Part shown: positions 11,373-20,504 of the stretch, one piece after another | Layout of the letters: each line of letters starts with the position of its first letter | Numbering within the stretch: the first letter of the stretch is position 1 | NCBI GenBank assembly: GCA_947170415.1 | Contig: CAMVTN010000001.1 | Coordinates: 4,357 to 68,356, forward strand | DNA: 64,000 nucleotides | Direction of reading: 5' to 3' | DNA from: an uncultured Lachnospiraceae bacterium | GTDB lineage: Bacteria; Bacillota; Clostridia; Lachnospirales; Lachnospiraceae | Position numbers and translations under genes: made by a program | The notes under the pieces: generated by a model | The model's database searches: none | What the model was told of the DNA's origin: nothing | The model's input: the letters and a program-made list of their open reading frames with translations, nothing else

Positions 11373-12086
11373 ATGTATCTCAATGACATTACACCCGGTT
11401 CCCGTATCTCTATCCGTGCCGTGGATAGAGAGCATCCGGAAAATTCAGTAGAAGTTACGACTGATGTGATCGAACAATTGATGGATACCAGAGGTCATCA
11501 TGTCGCATTCGCTTCGCCTATATATATTGATGATAAAGTTCTGTCCACGAACGAAGGGAGAAGCGTTTTTGACGTTTATTATTTCGATCCCGAACTAAAG
11601 CGTGTATATGAATGGCGCCACACTCCGGTGCGTTACGTCCTGTGTAAAAACAGAAGATGTTATATTCTTGTTTCCGATGCAGAGGGTGTACTCACAAACC
11701 GACGCGACACTTTCCGTATACCGCTTACAGAGCCCTGTATTATACAGGTTGGCGAAAACAAAAAAACATATGAGGGCTATGTTCATGACATATCAGCCAT
11801 GGGGATCGCGGTAACTATGCCAAAAATGGAGGAAGTTCCTCTTTTCAAAGCTTTCTCGATCGTTTTTTCCGACTCGGGAACCCGTTCACGCTTCCGTCTT
11901 TCCGCAACCTGCAGGCATGTCCGGGATTACCATGAAGACATCATTCTTTGTGGATGCGAGCTTCACAAAAACAGCCCCATGCTAAGCAGTTTTGTTAACC
12001 GTAAGCAGATCGACGCAATGAAAAAACAGAGCGGTCAGGACCTTAAATATCTAAATAGTAGTAGATTTACAGTAGAAAAGAGTTGA
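11373..12086 (+). CDS. PilZ-domain (c-di-GMP receptor) protein, YcgR-like layout
   Basis: RRDTFR (RxxxR) and DISAMG (DxSxxG) motifs. Confidence 0.88.
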   Translation: MYLNDITPGSRISIRAVDREHPENSVEVTTDVIEQLMDTRGHHVAFASPIYIDDKVLSTNEGRSVFDVYYFDPELKRVYEWRHTPVRYVLCKNRRCYILVSDAEGVLTNRRDTFRIPLTEPCIIQVGENKKTYEGYVHDISAMGIAVTMPKMEEVPLFKAFSIVFSDSGTRSRFRLSATCRHVRDYHEDIILCGCELHKNSPMLSSFVNRKQIDAMKKQSGQDLKYLNSSRFTVEKS

Positions 12087-12109
12087 GTGATATACACTCA
12101 GCTCTTTTC
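12075..12109. terminator. Probable bidirectional terminator between convergent genes
   Basis: GAAAAGAGTTGAGTG...CACTCAGCTCTTTTC inverted repeat. Confidence 0.75.
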
Positions 12110-12127
12110 AAGATTTAAACGGTATTA

Positions 12128-13864
12128 TTATCTTTCAATCTTTCCGAGAGAAAACATTTCCACTCCCGTTTCCTTTATGTCATAGCTTGAAAGTACTAAT
12201 CCATCCTCTTTTCCCTTCGACAGGAAGAGATTATTGTATTTCAGCAAAAGATTAACCTTACCGTTTCCGGCATTAAAGAACATCCACTGCTGCTCTTCAC
12301 TCCCATTCCATACTTCTTCTGTTACGAGCGCGTCGCCATAATCACGTTTCTCATACTCAACACCCGTAAGAACTTTGCCTGTCACAACATCTTCTATCAC
12401 AAAAAATCCATTTGAAAGCTGCGTGAGCTTAAAGTTTTTCGCATATCCGAGGTCCAGCACGTATTCACCATCTTCGGGTGTCACTCTGGTAAGAAAGACC
12501 TTATCCATCAGCACCTTTCGCTGCGTCAGCTTCTTCATAAGGCTTTCCAATTCCTCATTATAATCTTCAAATACTATATCATCTTTCCCTACAGCAGCTG
12601 ATTCTAAGATGCTATTGTACTTGTCGAAAAGAAGTTTCTGATCTTTCTCTGCGGATTTTCTTAGTTCCCCGGCTTTTTTCGGAAGAGCTTCTATCTCTTT
12701 ATCTATTGCATACTGAAAAACTTCTTTGTATTTCCGCTCAACCTCCGCACGAAAACCGGGCATATCCATGAGATCCGTAAGAATATGGGTATCGTTTACC
12801 CATTCTCTGTCATCCGTGTAATTAGCATTATAAACCCACAATTTTCTCGGATTGTTGTAGAGATTTGTCGGACCAACGGTACTGTTTCCATACGCTGAGT
12901 CATGATCCCATACAGGTCCGGCAGCTATCTTTTCATCTCTGCCTCCCCTATACAGATAAAAACTGGTACAGGTAGAATCTATATTTTCAGCATACTCCGA
13001 AAGCAGATAATAATCGACGAACGAGCCGATATTTATATCGTTTTTTACAGCTTCCCAGTTTCCTGTAGATGCATCTCTCTCGAAACAATTATATGCCTCT
13101 GCAAAGGATTTAACATTCTCCATTGCCGCGGCTTTCATGTTGCAATCCTTAAGTGCTATCTTGGTTCCGTATATTTCTGAGACAAAAAAAGGCTCATCTG
13201 AATGTGTTTCTTCCATATCATTTGTTCCTGCGTCATTCTGTAGGTCGCTGCCGTCTTTTATATAGCAGTCAATTTCCATCAAGACAGCATCATTACCTCG
13301 CAGATCAACGGAACTCTTATCAAGAGATATTTTGGGAAGAATATAATAATTTCCCTGATATTCACCATCAACATATAGGTCTATATGTTTTCCCATAGGA
13401 GAAAAACGTTCTCCCATGTCGCGCGCCAGATTAAATGTGATGTCATTTCTAAGAAGAGTTCTATCGTATTCGTTTGACAGAAGAACCCATTTTGAAGCCG
13501 AGCCAAGCCCCAGCAGATCCACACTTCCATTAAATTCTAACTGATATGGCTTCTTGACCCCATTCCAGGTAGAATTGCCCCTTCCTCGTATTGTTGCAGT
13601 TATCTCTGTTCTAATATTGGCTCCGCTTACAGTAATGCCCGTATATTCAGTAAATTTGGAACCGTTATTTATCTCATCTATTGTATTTCCAGATAAACCT
13701 ATCCAAAGTTCAGGTATATTTCCTGATTCCGTCACCGCTTTCTTAACAACATCGAATATCCCGCTCCAAATCATAAAGATAAGGACTGCTGCGAATACCG
13801 CTCCTTTCACTATTTTTTTCGCTTTTCTCTCCATAATTTCACCTATCCGTTCTTCCAGAACCAT
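12128..13864 (-). CDS. CotH-family kinase, membrane-anchored, with C-terminal ricin-B-like region
   Basis: RGRGNSTW..KKPY, WVLLSN, Y.G.Y and GPVWDHD motifs; N-terminal TM; C-terminal EQQW. The start may be ATG 13834. Confidence 0.85.
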   Translation of the reverse strand: MVLEERIGEIMERKAKKIVKGAVFAAVLIFMIWSGIFDVVKKAVTESGNIPELWIGLSGNTIDEINNGSKFTEYTGITVSGANIRTEITATIRGRGNSTWNGVKKPYQLEFNGSVDLLGLGSASKWVLLSNEYDRTLLRNDITFNLARDMGERFSPMGKHIDLYVDGEYQGNYYILPKISLDKSSVDLRGNDAVLMEIDCYIKDGSDLQNDAGTNDMEETHSDEPFFVSEIYGTKIALKDCNMKAAAMENVKSFAEAYNCFERDASTGNWEAVKNDINIGSFVDYYLLSEYAENIDSTCTSFYLYRGGRDEKIAAGPVWDHDSAYGNSTVGPTNLYNNPRKLWVYNANYTDDREWVNDTHILTDLMDMPGFRAEVERKYKEVFQYAIDKEIEALPKKAGELRKSAEKDQKLLFDKYNSILESAAVGKDDIVFEDYNEELESLMKKLTQRKVLMDKVFLTRVTPEDGEYVLDLGYAKNFKLTQLSNGFFVIEDVVTGKVLTGVEYEKRDYGDALVTEEVWNGSEEQQWMFFNAGNGKVNLLLKYNNLFLSKGKEDGLVLSSYDIKETGVEMFSLGKIER

Positions 13865-13889
13865 CCAATTATGCGAGCCTTAATTTTTT

Positions 13890-14288
13890 GATGTCAGGGT
13901 CAAAAGGTCAAAATCCGATTGTGCTTGCACAAAGAGGATTGAGACCTTGGGACCCACAAAACACGAGCAAGTAGCGTTATTACGCGGAATGCGAGTGTTT
14001 TAGGATTGCGGGAATTGCGTAGCAATGAAGCAATCCGTGTTACTGTTCAGACGCAACCGGAGCACTACGCTGCGGATGCTACGAACACTTAGCGAACGAA
14101 TGTGAGCTTAGTGAGAGTGTATGCTTTAGCTGGTTGCGACCAAGAAAGATGAAAAGCCATTGGATTTTGCCCATCGCCGGAGGCGATTTAATTGGCAAAA
14201 TCCGTTACGTGAGCGAGCTGTAAGCGAGTGAACAGTAACCAATCCGTGACATCAGTAAGGGGCAAAATTTACTTTTGACCCTTACATC
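13890..14288 (+). mobile_element. Family A element (190 bp) carrying a nested family B element
   Basis: Terminal IR GATGTCAGGGTCAAAAG / CTTTTGACCCTTACATC (16/17), flanked by an ATTTTTT direct repeat. Colinear with 56187-56377 once the insert is removed. Confidence 0.9.
14039..14239 (+). mobile_element. Family B element (201 bp), nested insertion
   Basis: Terminal IR GTTACTGTTCA / TGAACAGTAAC. Perfect 8-bp duplication CAATCCGT at 14031-14038 and 14240-14247. Confidence 0.92.
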
Positions 14289-14297
14289 ATTTTTTAT

Positions 14298-14335
14298 AAA
14301 GAAAAAGCCTCAGAACATATTCGATTCTGAGGCTT
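14298..14335 (-). terminator. Rho-independent terminator of tRNA-Trp
   Basis: AAGCCTCAGAA...TTCTGAGGCTT stem followed by a T-tract on the minus strand. Confidence 0.8.
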
Positions 14336-14344
14336 AGACCCAAG

Positions 14345-14415
14345 CAGGGGAAGAGGGATTCGAACCCCCGTGAACGGTTTTGGAGACCGTGATACTGCCA
14401 CTGTATGATTCCCCT
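14345..14415 (-). tRNA. tRNA-Trp (CCA)
   Basis: Minus strand folds as a cloverleaf: acceptor AGGGGAA/TTCCCCT, anticodon arm ACGGT-CTCCAAA-ACCGT, T-arm GGGGG-TTCGAAT-CCCTC. The 3' CCA is not encoded. Confidence 0.97.
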
Positions 14416-14475
14416 ATATGATATTTTATCTGCCGCGTACTCGTTTTTGTACAATCACTTGTCGCGACGCAGATA

Positions 14476-14504
14476 ATAATATCATAGCTATTGTTTGTAT
14501 GCAA
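14476..14504 (-). promoter_or_regulatory. Sigma-A promoter of tRNA-Trp
   Basis: TTGCAT-17 nt-TATTAT with an extended -10 TG. Confidence 0.7.
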
Positions 14505-14552
14505 GTACTTTTTAAAACTTTTTTAAACTTATCGGAAATCCCCTTGGAATTC

Positions 14553-15935
14553 CTATCCTCGAACCACTTCCATCGCGTCATTTACCGACCGTACGCCTAT
14601 GAGCTTTACTCCGGGATTTTCACGGACAGATTTCATAGATGTCTCAGGGATTATGACAGTCTTGAAACCAAGTCTGTGAGCTTCATTGACTCTTTGTGAT
14701 ATCTGACTCACCGCTCTTACCTCACCTGAAAGTCCCACTTCACCAAAAGCAACTATATCCGGTGAGATCGGACGATTTCTAAAAGATGATGCTACCGCCA
14801 TCACGATACCAAGATCCACTGCCGGTTCACTTACCTTTAAGCCTCCTGCGATATTTACGTACGCATCAGACTGGGACAGGTGCATCCCGACTCTTTTTTC
14901 AAGAACAGCCATCAAGAGGTTCACACGATTATAATCCGTGCCATTTGCCTGTCTCCTCGGGATTCCAAACGCCGTATCAGTCACAAGCGCCTGTATCTCC
15001 ACAAGAAGCGGTCTCGTTCCTTCCATACAGCATGTCACGACAGATCCGCTGGCATTTTCAGGACGACCTGACAACATAAATTCAGACGGATTGGTTACTT
15101 CTGCCAGCCCATCTTCATTCATCTCAAACACACCGATCTCATCTGTAGATCCAAAACGGTTCTTCACTCCGCGCAGTACACGATATGCTCCATGCGTATC
15201 TCCCTCAAAGTAAAGTACCGTATCCACCATATGTTCAAGTACACGAGGGCCTGCAACAGCGCCTTCTTTTGTTACATGACCGATTATAAATACGGTTATG
15301 CCCATGCTTTTTGCGATACGCATAAGAACGCCGGTTGTTTCTCTAACCTGCGAGACCGATCCCGGTGCCGCCGAAACATTTTCATTAAACATTGTTTGGA
15401 TAGAATCAACCACAACCATCTCAGGTTTTTGTTCTGAAATGATCTCAGAAATGTCATCGAGATTTGTTTCAGAGAGAAGCTTCAGATCGTCTGTAAAGGA
15501 ACCTAATCTGTTCGCTCTCATCTTTATCTGTTTTGCAGATTCCTCACCTGAGACATATAAAACTGAATGATGCTCGTTAGTAACATTCCTGCAGATCTGC
15601 AAAAGAAGCGTAGATTTACCGATACCCGGATCTCCACCCACAAGCACCATTGAGCCTTTCACAATACCGCCGCCAAGAACTCTGTCCATTTCACGGCTTC
15701 CGCTTGTGATCTTGTCCTCAGGATCTTCCTCTATTTGCGACAGAGGCTTTGGTGCCTGGCGAAGTCCCTTTCTACCCGCTGCCGTTGACGCAGAAGAAAC
15801 CGCCCCCTTAGAGACGGTTTCCTCAACCATTGTGTTCCACTCATGACACATAGGGCACTGCCCCAGCCACTTAGGTGACTCGTGTCCACAGTTTTGACAG
15901 TAAAATATAGTTTTTGACTTTTTAACAGATGCCAT
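14553..15935 (-). CDS. radA: DNA repair protein RadA/Sms
   Basis: N-terminal C4 zinc finger, GDPGIGKST Walker A, KNRFG motif. Confidence 0.98.
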   Translation of the reverse strand: MASVKKSKTIFYCQNCGHESPKWLGQCPMCHEWNTMVEETVSKGAVSSASTAAGRKGLRQAPKPLSQIEEDPEDKITSGSREMDRVLGGGIVKGSMVLVGGDPGIGKSTLLLQICRNVTNEHHSVLYVSGEESAKQIKMRANRLGSFTDDLKLLSETNLDDISEIISEQKPEMVVVDSIQTMFNENVSAAPGSVSQVRETTGVLMRIAKSMGITVFIIGHVTKEGAVAGPRVLEHMVDTVLYFEGDTHGAYRVLRGVKNRFGSTDEIGVFEMNEDGLAEVTNPSEFMLSGRPENASGSVVTCCMEGTRPLLVEIQALVTDTAFGIPRRQANGTDYNRVNLLMAVLEKRVGMHLSQSDAYVNIAGGLKVSEPAVDLGIVMAVASSFRNRPISPDIVAFGEVGLSGEVRAVSQISQRVNEAHRLGFKTVIIPETSMKSVRENPGVKLIGVRSVNDAMEVVRG

Positions 15936-16348
15936 TATGCTCTCTTTACTTCTACCGGTACACTGCCATTTCCTGAAAGCTCTACACTTACTGAAAGCTT
16001 ACCGCCAAGATTTGTCTTCATGCGTCCGCTTTCCTTGCCATTAACAGATACTACATATTCTGTTTCATCAGCAAGTCCGAGTGTGATCTGTGCATCGTCA
16101 GCGCCTTCAACGTTGAACTTTACACCATCTTCCGCCTCAGCGAAATTTCCGACACTGGTTCCGGGAACCGATTCATAGACAAACAATCCGTTTTTTTCGA
16201 GCTTTGTGATGTCTTTGTAGGTCTTTACCTTGTAAAGATCACCGTTATGCGGAAAATCCTCCTTCTTTGCCTTTGCGTCCAGGGTATGATCTCCAAAGCT
16301 CAGAGAACCGTCTGCCTCACTGCGAAGCAATTCCTTAACCGCTGCCAT
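15935..16348 (-). CDS. Conserved hypothetical protein
   Basis: 137-aa ORF with a GGAGG SD; its stop overlaps the radA start (TAATG). Confidence 0.8.
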   Translation of the reverse strand: MAAVKELLRSEADGSLSFGDHTLDAKAKKEDFPHNGDLYKVKTYKDITKLEKNGLFVYESVPGTSVGNFAEAEDGVKFNVEGADDAQITLGLADETEYVVSVNGKESGRMKTNLGGKLSVSVELSGNGSVPVEVKRA

Positions 16349-16436
16349 TTTGTAACCTCCTCTAAAACCGCCAGTTTCTAACTGACTAAATGTTTCCAGT
16401 ATCTCAAATTCTATTTCGACTACATGCGTCCAAAAA

Positions 16437-18881
16437 TCAAGACGCCTTAAAAACTATTTTTCCTTTCACCAGGTTTACGTGAACTGTGTCTCCGCTATGC
16501 ACCCTGCCTGAAAGCAGCTCTTCTGCCAGCGGATCCTCGATCATGTTCTGGATAGCACGACGAAGCGGTCTTGCGCCATACTTCTTGTCCGAACCCTTTC
16601 CAATGATCTCGTCTTTTACACCTGCTGAAATTGAAAGGGTAATTCCCATCTGCTCCTTTGCTCTGTGTATCAGATCCTTTGAGAGCAGTGTAACGATACT
16701 CTTCATGTTTTCTTTCGATAACTGATGGAATACGATAATATCGTCAATTCTGTTTATGAACTCAGGCTTGAAGATCCTGCGTACTTCTTCCATTACGCCG
16801 TTCTTCATATCCTTGTATTTCTCAGACTCACTGTCTATTCCGCCAAATCCGAGTTTCTTCGGTTCTACGATAGACTGGGCGCCTGCATTACTCGTCATGA
16901 TTATTATAGCATTCTTAAAGCTGACTTTGCGTCCCTTTGAATCAGTTATATGACCATCATCAAGCACCTGCAGAAGTATGTTGAATACATCCGGATGAGC
17001 TTTTTCGATCTCATCAAACAGAACTACCGAATAAGGATGTCTCCTGATCTTATCTGCAAGCTGCCCTCCTTCGTCATGACCAACATATCCCGGAGGTGAA
17101 CCGATCATCTTCGCTACCGAGTGTGATTCCATGTATTCTGACATATCTACACGGATCATATCATCTTCCGAGCCAAACATAGCCTCGGCAAGAGCTTTAC
17201 TAAGTTCTGTCTTTCCAACACCTGTAGGTCCTAAGAAAAGGAATGATCCTACCGGTCTCTTCGGATCCTTTAATCCTACTCTTCCTCGTCTTATTGCTTT
17301 TGAAACGAGTGTAACTGCTTCTTCCTGTCCGATAACCCGCTTATGAAGTGTCTTTTCCAGGCCCATAAGGCGGACATTATCCTTCTCTGTGAGCTTATTT
17401 ACAGGGATTTTTGTCCACAGTGCCACCACATCTGCTATATCATTTTCAGAAAGACTGAGCTGCTTTGAACTTTCTCTCTTCTTTCTGCGGTTCATTGCCT
17501 GATCAAGCTTTTTCTGCTCTGCAAGCTGTTCTTTGCGGATTTCGGATGCTTTATCAAAGTCACCTTCTCTTATCGCTTTTTCCTTTTCTGCTTCCAAAGC
17601 CTTTATATTCTCAGAAATCTTCTTTTCTTTATCAGACTCCTGCAGATTGGACAGACGCAGGTGACTCGCCGCTTCATCCATCACGTCAATTGCCTTATCC
17701 GGCAGAAAACGATCATTTATATATCTCGCGCTAAGCTTTACCGCTGCGGTAACAGCTTCCTCAGGTATCGTAACACCGTGGTGATCTTCGTATCTGTCCT
17801 TTACTCCGTTAAGTATCTGAATTGCCTCCTCTTCTGAAGGCTCTTCAACTACTACCGGCTGGAATCGGCGTTCAAGCGCAGCATCTTTCTCGATGTACTT
17901 CCTGTATTCATCGAGAGTGGTAGCTCCGATAAGCTGTATCTCACCGCGAGCAAGTGACGGCTTAAGGATATTAGATGCATCAATGGCACCTTCTGCTCCG
18001 CCGGCTCCTATGAGAGTATGAATTTCATCCATGAATAAAAGTATATTTCCGGATGATATTACTTCGCGGATAACTCTCTTTATGCGTTCCTCAAACTCAC
18101 CGCGGTACTTACTTCCTGCAACCATTCCGGACATATCGAGAGATACTACTCTCTTTCCCGCGATCGTCTCCGGAACATTTCCTTCAACTATCCTTACCGC
18201 CAGGCCTTCTGCTATAGCAGTTTTTCCGACTCCGGGCTCACCTACGAGACATGGGTTATTCTTTGTCCTTCGGCTAAGGATCTGGACTACACGCATGATC
18301 TCATTACTGCGTCCGATAACCGGATCAAGCTCACCGCTTCGCGCAAGCTCGGTAAGATCCCTTGAATACTGATCGAGTGTTGGCGTACTGCTGTCGCTTT
18401 TTGCGCCTTTCTGCGGATACAGATCTTCCCTTGCAATAGCAGGATCTTCACCCATAGCTACGAGTGTATCGGAATATACCTTCTGCAGATTTACGCTAAG
18501 GGTATTTAAGAGACGAGCCGCAACGCTTTCTCCCTCTTTTATGATCGCGAGAAGTATGTGCTCTGTACCAACTTCCTTACTGCGAAAACGTTCTGCCGTC
18601 TCCTCACTAAGGGAAAGTACTCTCCTGGCTCTCGGAGTCCATCCGTCGCGTTCGGAAAGTGCCACCTCGAGTCCAGGCGCAACAAGCTGCTCGATAAGCT
18701 CAAGAACCTGCTTTTCCTGGACATGATTTTGCTCCAGAGCATATGAAGCCACGCTGGAATTCTCCCGAAGTAAACCAATCAATATATGCTCTGTTCCTAC
18801 ATAATTCTGATTCAGTTCATTTGCACATGCTCGTGCGAGATCAAGAGCCTTCTTCGCTTTTTCCGTATAATTCATAAACAC
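16437..18881 (-). CDS. clpC: ATP-dependent Clp protease ATPase subunit ClpC
   Basis: Two Clp-N repeats, two AAA+ modules ([16 protein letters not shown]), UVR coil and LGF ClpP-docking loop. Confidence 0.95.
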   Translation of the reverse strand: MFMNYTEKAKKALDLARACANELNQNYVGTEHILIGLLRENSSVASYALEQNHVQEKQVLELIEQLVAPGLEVALSERDGWTPRARRVLSLSEETAERFRSKEVGTEHILLAIIKEGESVAARLLNTLSVNLQKVYSDTLVAMGEDPAIAREDLYPQKGAKSDSSTPTLDQYSRDLTELARSGELDPVIGRSNEIMRVVQILSRRTKNNPCLVGEPGVGKTAIAEGLAVRIVEGNVPETIAGKRVVSLDMSGMVAGSKYRGEFEERIKRVIREVISSGNILLFMDEIHTLIGAGGAEGAIDASNILKPSLARGEIQLIGATTLDEYRKYIEKDAALERRFQPVVVEEPSEEEAIQILNGVKDRYEDHHGVTIPEEAVTAAVKLSARYINDRFLPDKAIDVMDEAASHLRLSNLQESDKEKKISENIKALEAEKEKAIREGDFDKASEIRKEQLAEQKKLDQAMNRRKKRESSKQLSLSENDIADVVALWTKIPVNKLTEKDNVRLMGLEKTLHKRVIGQEEAVTLVSKAIRRGRVGLKDPKRPVGSFLFLGPTGVGKTELSKALAEAMFGSEDDMIRVDMSEYMESHSVAKMIGSPPGYVGHDEGGQLADKIRRHPYSVVLFDEIEKAHPDVFNILLQVLDDGHITDSKGRKVSFKNAIIIMTSNAGAQSIVEPKKLGFGGIDSESEKYKDMKNGVMEEVRRIFKPEFINRIDDIIVFHQLSKENMKSIVTLLSKDLIHRAKEQMGITLSISAGVKDEIIGKGSDKKYGARPLRRAIQNMIEDPLAEELLSGRVHSGDTVHVNLVKGKIVFKAS

Positions 18882-18885
18882 CTCG

Positions 18886-20463
18886 TCAGTGCTTCTTTAT
18901 ATTTAAGAACTCAAAATCGAAATCCTCATCAAGATCATAGTCCTGAGACGGCTTACGACGTACCGAAGCACTGCTTTCTTCTATTTCTGTCATTTCATCA
19001 GTCGCAGCTCTAACCTTCTTTGTAGGTATACCTGCTGTAACTTCCATGTTTTCCCAGTCAACCTCATCCTCTGCTTTGTTGCGCTCAACAGGCATTTCAT
19101 CCTCTTCATAGGATCTGTGAGAGCTTTCACGTTTCTTACGACGTGCAGGTTTTTCTTCTCTTCTCGGACGTTCTCTGTTTTCTCTCTCTGCCCTGCCAGC
19201 TCTTGTCTTTCTCGCAACTCTCTTTCGGATAGCTGCTTCATCTTCATCATCATCGTCACTCATATCATCATTTCTGCCGCGTCCGCGCTTTCCAAGCATC
19301 ATATTGATGAAAAGGAAGATCATGATCACAAGCATGATCACCAGCACAACAATGATAAGAAGTCTGGAACGAGAAAGCTTCTTATACTTTGCTATTACTG
19401 CTGACTCACCATGAGGAATATCTACATATCTCTGATAAGTTCCGCGTGTGATGTCATAAAGATAGAAACCTAAGTTTCCGCTCTCATCTACTGCATAAAG
19501 AAGACAAAATTCCTTTGGCTGAGCCTGGATAAGACCTGAGAGATTGGTATGTGCTATCTCCTCAAGTGCAAGCATTGCATTGTCATCTACTTCAGTAGAA
19601 GCCGCTGCTGCATCGCCTGTTTCCGCAGATACCTCACCATTTGCCTCTGCTTCTCCGCCTGCAGCTTCTCCCTCTTCACCGGAAATATGAGCTGCCGGTT
19701 CTGTCTCAGAATTAGGATCATCGGCCGGAACTGCTGCCCCATCATCTTCTCCCGAGAGTTCAGCGCCTGCGCCTACAAGTAACCCACTTTCTTCTTCGGC
19801 ATAAGCCTTTACAGAAAAAAGAGATGCCTCGGAAGAAACCTCAGAAGATCCCTCGGAATCTTCTTCATCAGAAGTTGTTTCCGGCGGAAGTGACCATGCT
19901 GTTGCCGATTTATTTCCCCACTGAAGATTGTGCTTTGTAAATCCGTCAGGGCCTACCACATTATCTCCCGGATCAAGAACGATTATATAGCTGTCGCCCT
20001 TTCCATCAATCTTTATCATATCTGACATACGGGCATTTTCTGTAGTGTCACAAAGATAAAACTCACCATTTGATCCATCGGCATCCGTAAGATATGCAAG
20101 TGTAATGGTAAGTCCCTCTGCTCCTATGGTCGCGCTCTTACAGGTCATCTGCGCGATCTGTACATTCTGTCCCTGGTACTCGATCGTAATTACAGAAAAT
20201 CCTGCAGGAACTTCACTTGCCGGAAATGTCAATGCGAGATATTTTCCATCAATATTTGTCGTGATGTCACTTGGTGTAACTGTTTCAAGCGCAGCCTGAG
20301 CAGCTTCTGCCGCTGCCTGTGCTTCCTCATCCGTCATTTCACTTTCAGCAGCCACTTCTTCTGCAAAGGCATTTGTCGGCACACTTCCGATAAGAAGTGC
20401 CGAAAGAAGAAGCGAGATCATGCCTCTCTTTAAGATGCTGTTACGTTTCATTTCAAACTCCAT
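18886..20463 (-). CDS. Exported acidic protein with single C-proximal TM and charged cytoplasmic tail
   Basis: Signal peptide ending AFA, TM LLIIVVLVIMLVIMIFLFINMML, and R/E/D-rich tail. Confidence 0.75.
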   Translation of the reverse strand: MEFEMKRNSILKRGMISLLLSALLIGSVPTNAFAEEVAAESEMTDEEAQAAAEAAQAALETVTPSDITTNIDGKYLALTFPASEVPAGFSVITIEYQGQNVQIAQMTCKSATIGAEGLTITLAYLTDADGSNGEFYLCDTTENARMSDMIKIDGKGDSYIIVLDPGDNVVGPDGFTKHNLQWGNKSATAWSLPPETTSDEEDSEGSSEVSSEASLFSVKAYAEEESGLLVGAGAELSGEDDGAAVPADDPNSETEPAAHISGEEGEAAGGEAEANGEVSAETGDAAAASTEVDDNAMLALEEIAHTNLSGLIQAQPKEFCLLYAVDESGNLGFYLYDITRGTYQRYVDIPHGESAVIAKYKKLSRSRLLIIVVLVIMLVIMIFLFINMMLGKRGRGRNDDMSDDDDEDEAAIRKRVARKTRAGRAERENRERPRREEKPARRKKRESSHRSYEEDEMPVERNKAEDEVDWENMEVTAGIPTKKVRAATDEMTEIEESSASVRRKPSQDYDLDEDFDFEFLNIKKH

Positions 20464-20504
20464 TCCAGAACGTTTTTATTCGTTCTAACTCTTTTTTGCC
20501 TGTA

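Noticed and set aside
14345-14415. tRNA-Trp as the attachment site of an integrated island
   Set aside because: I saw no integrase and no duplicated tRNA 3' end; only the small nested element follows it.
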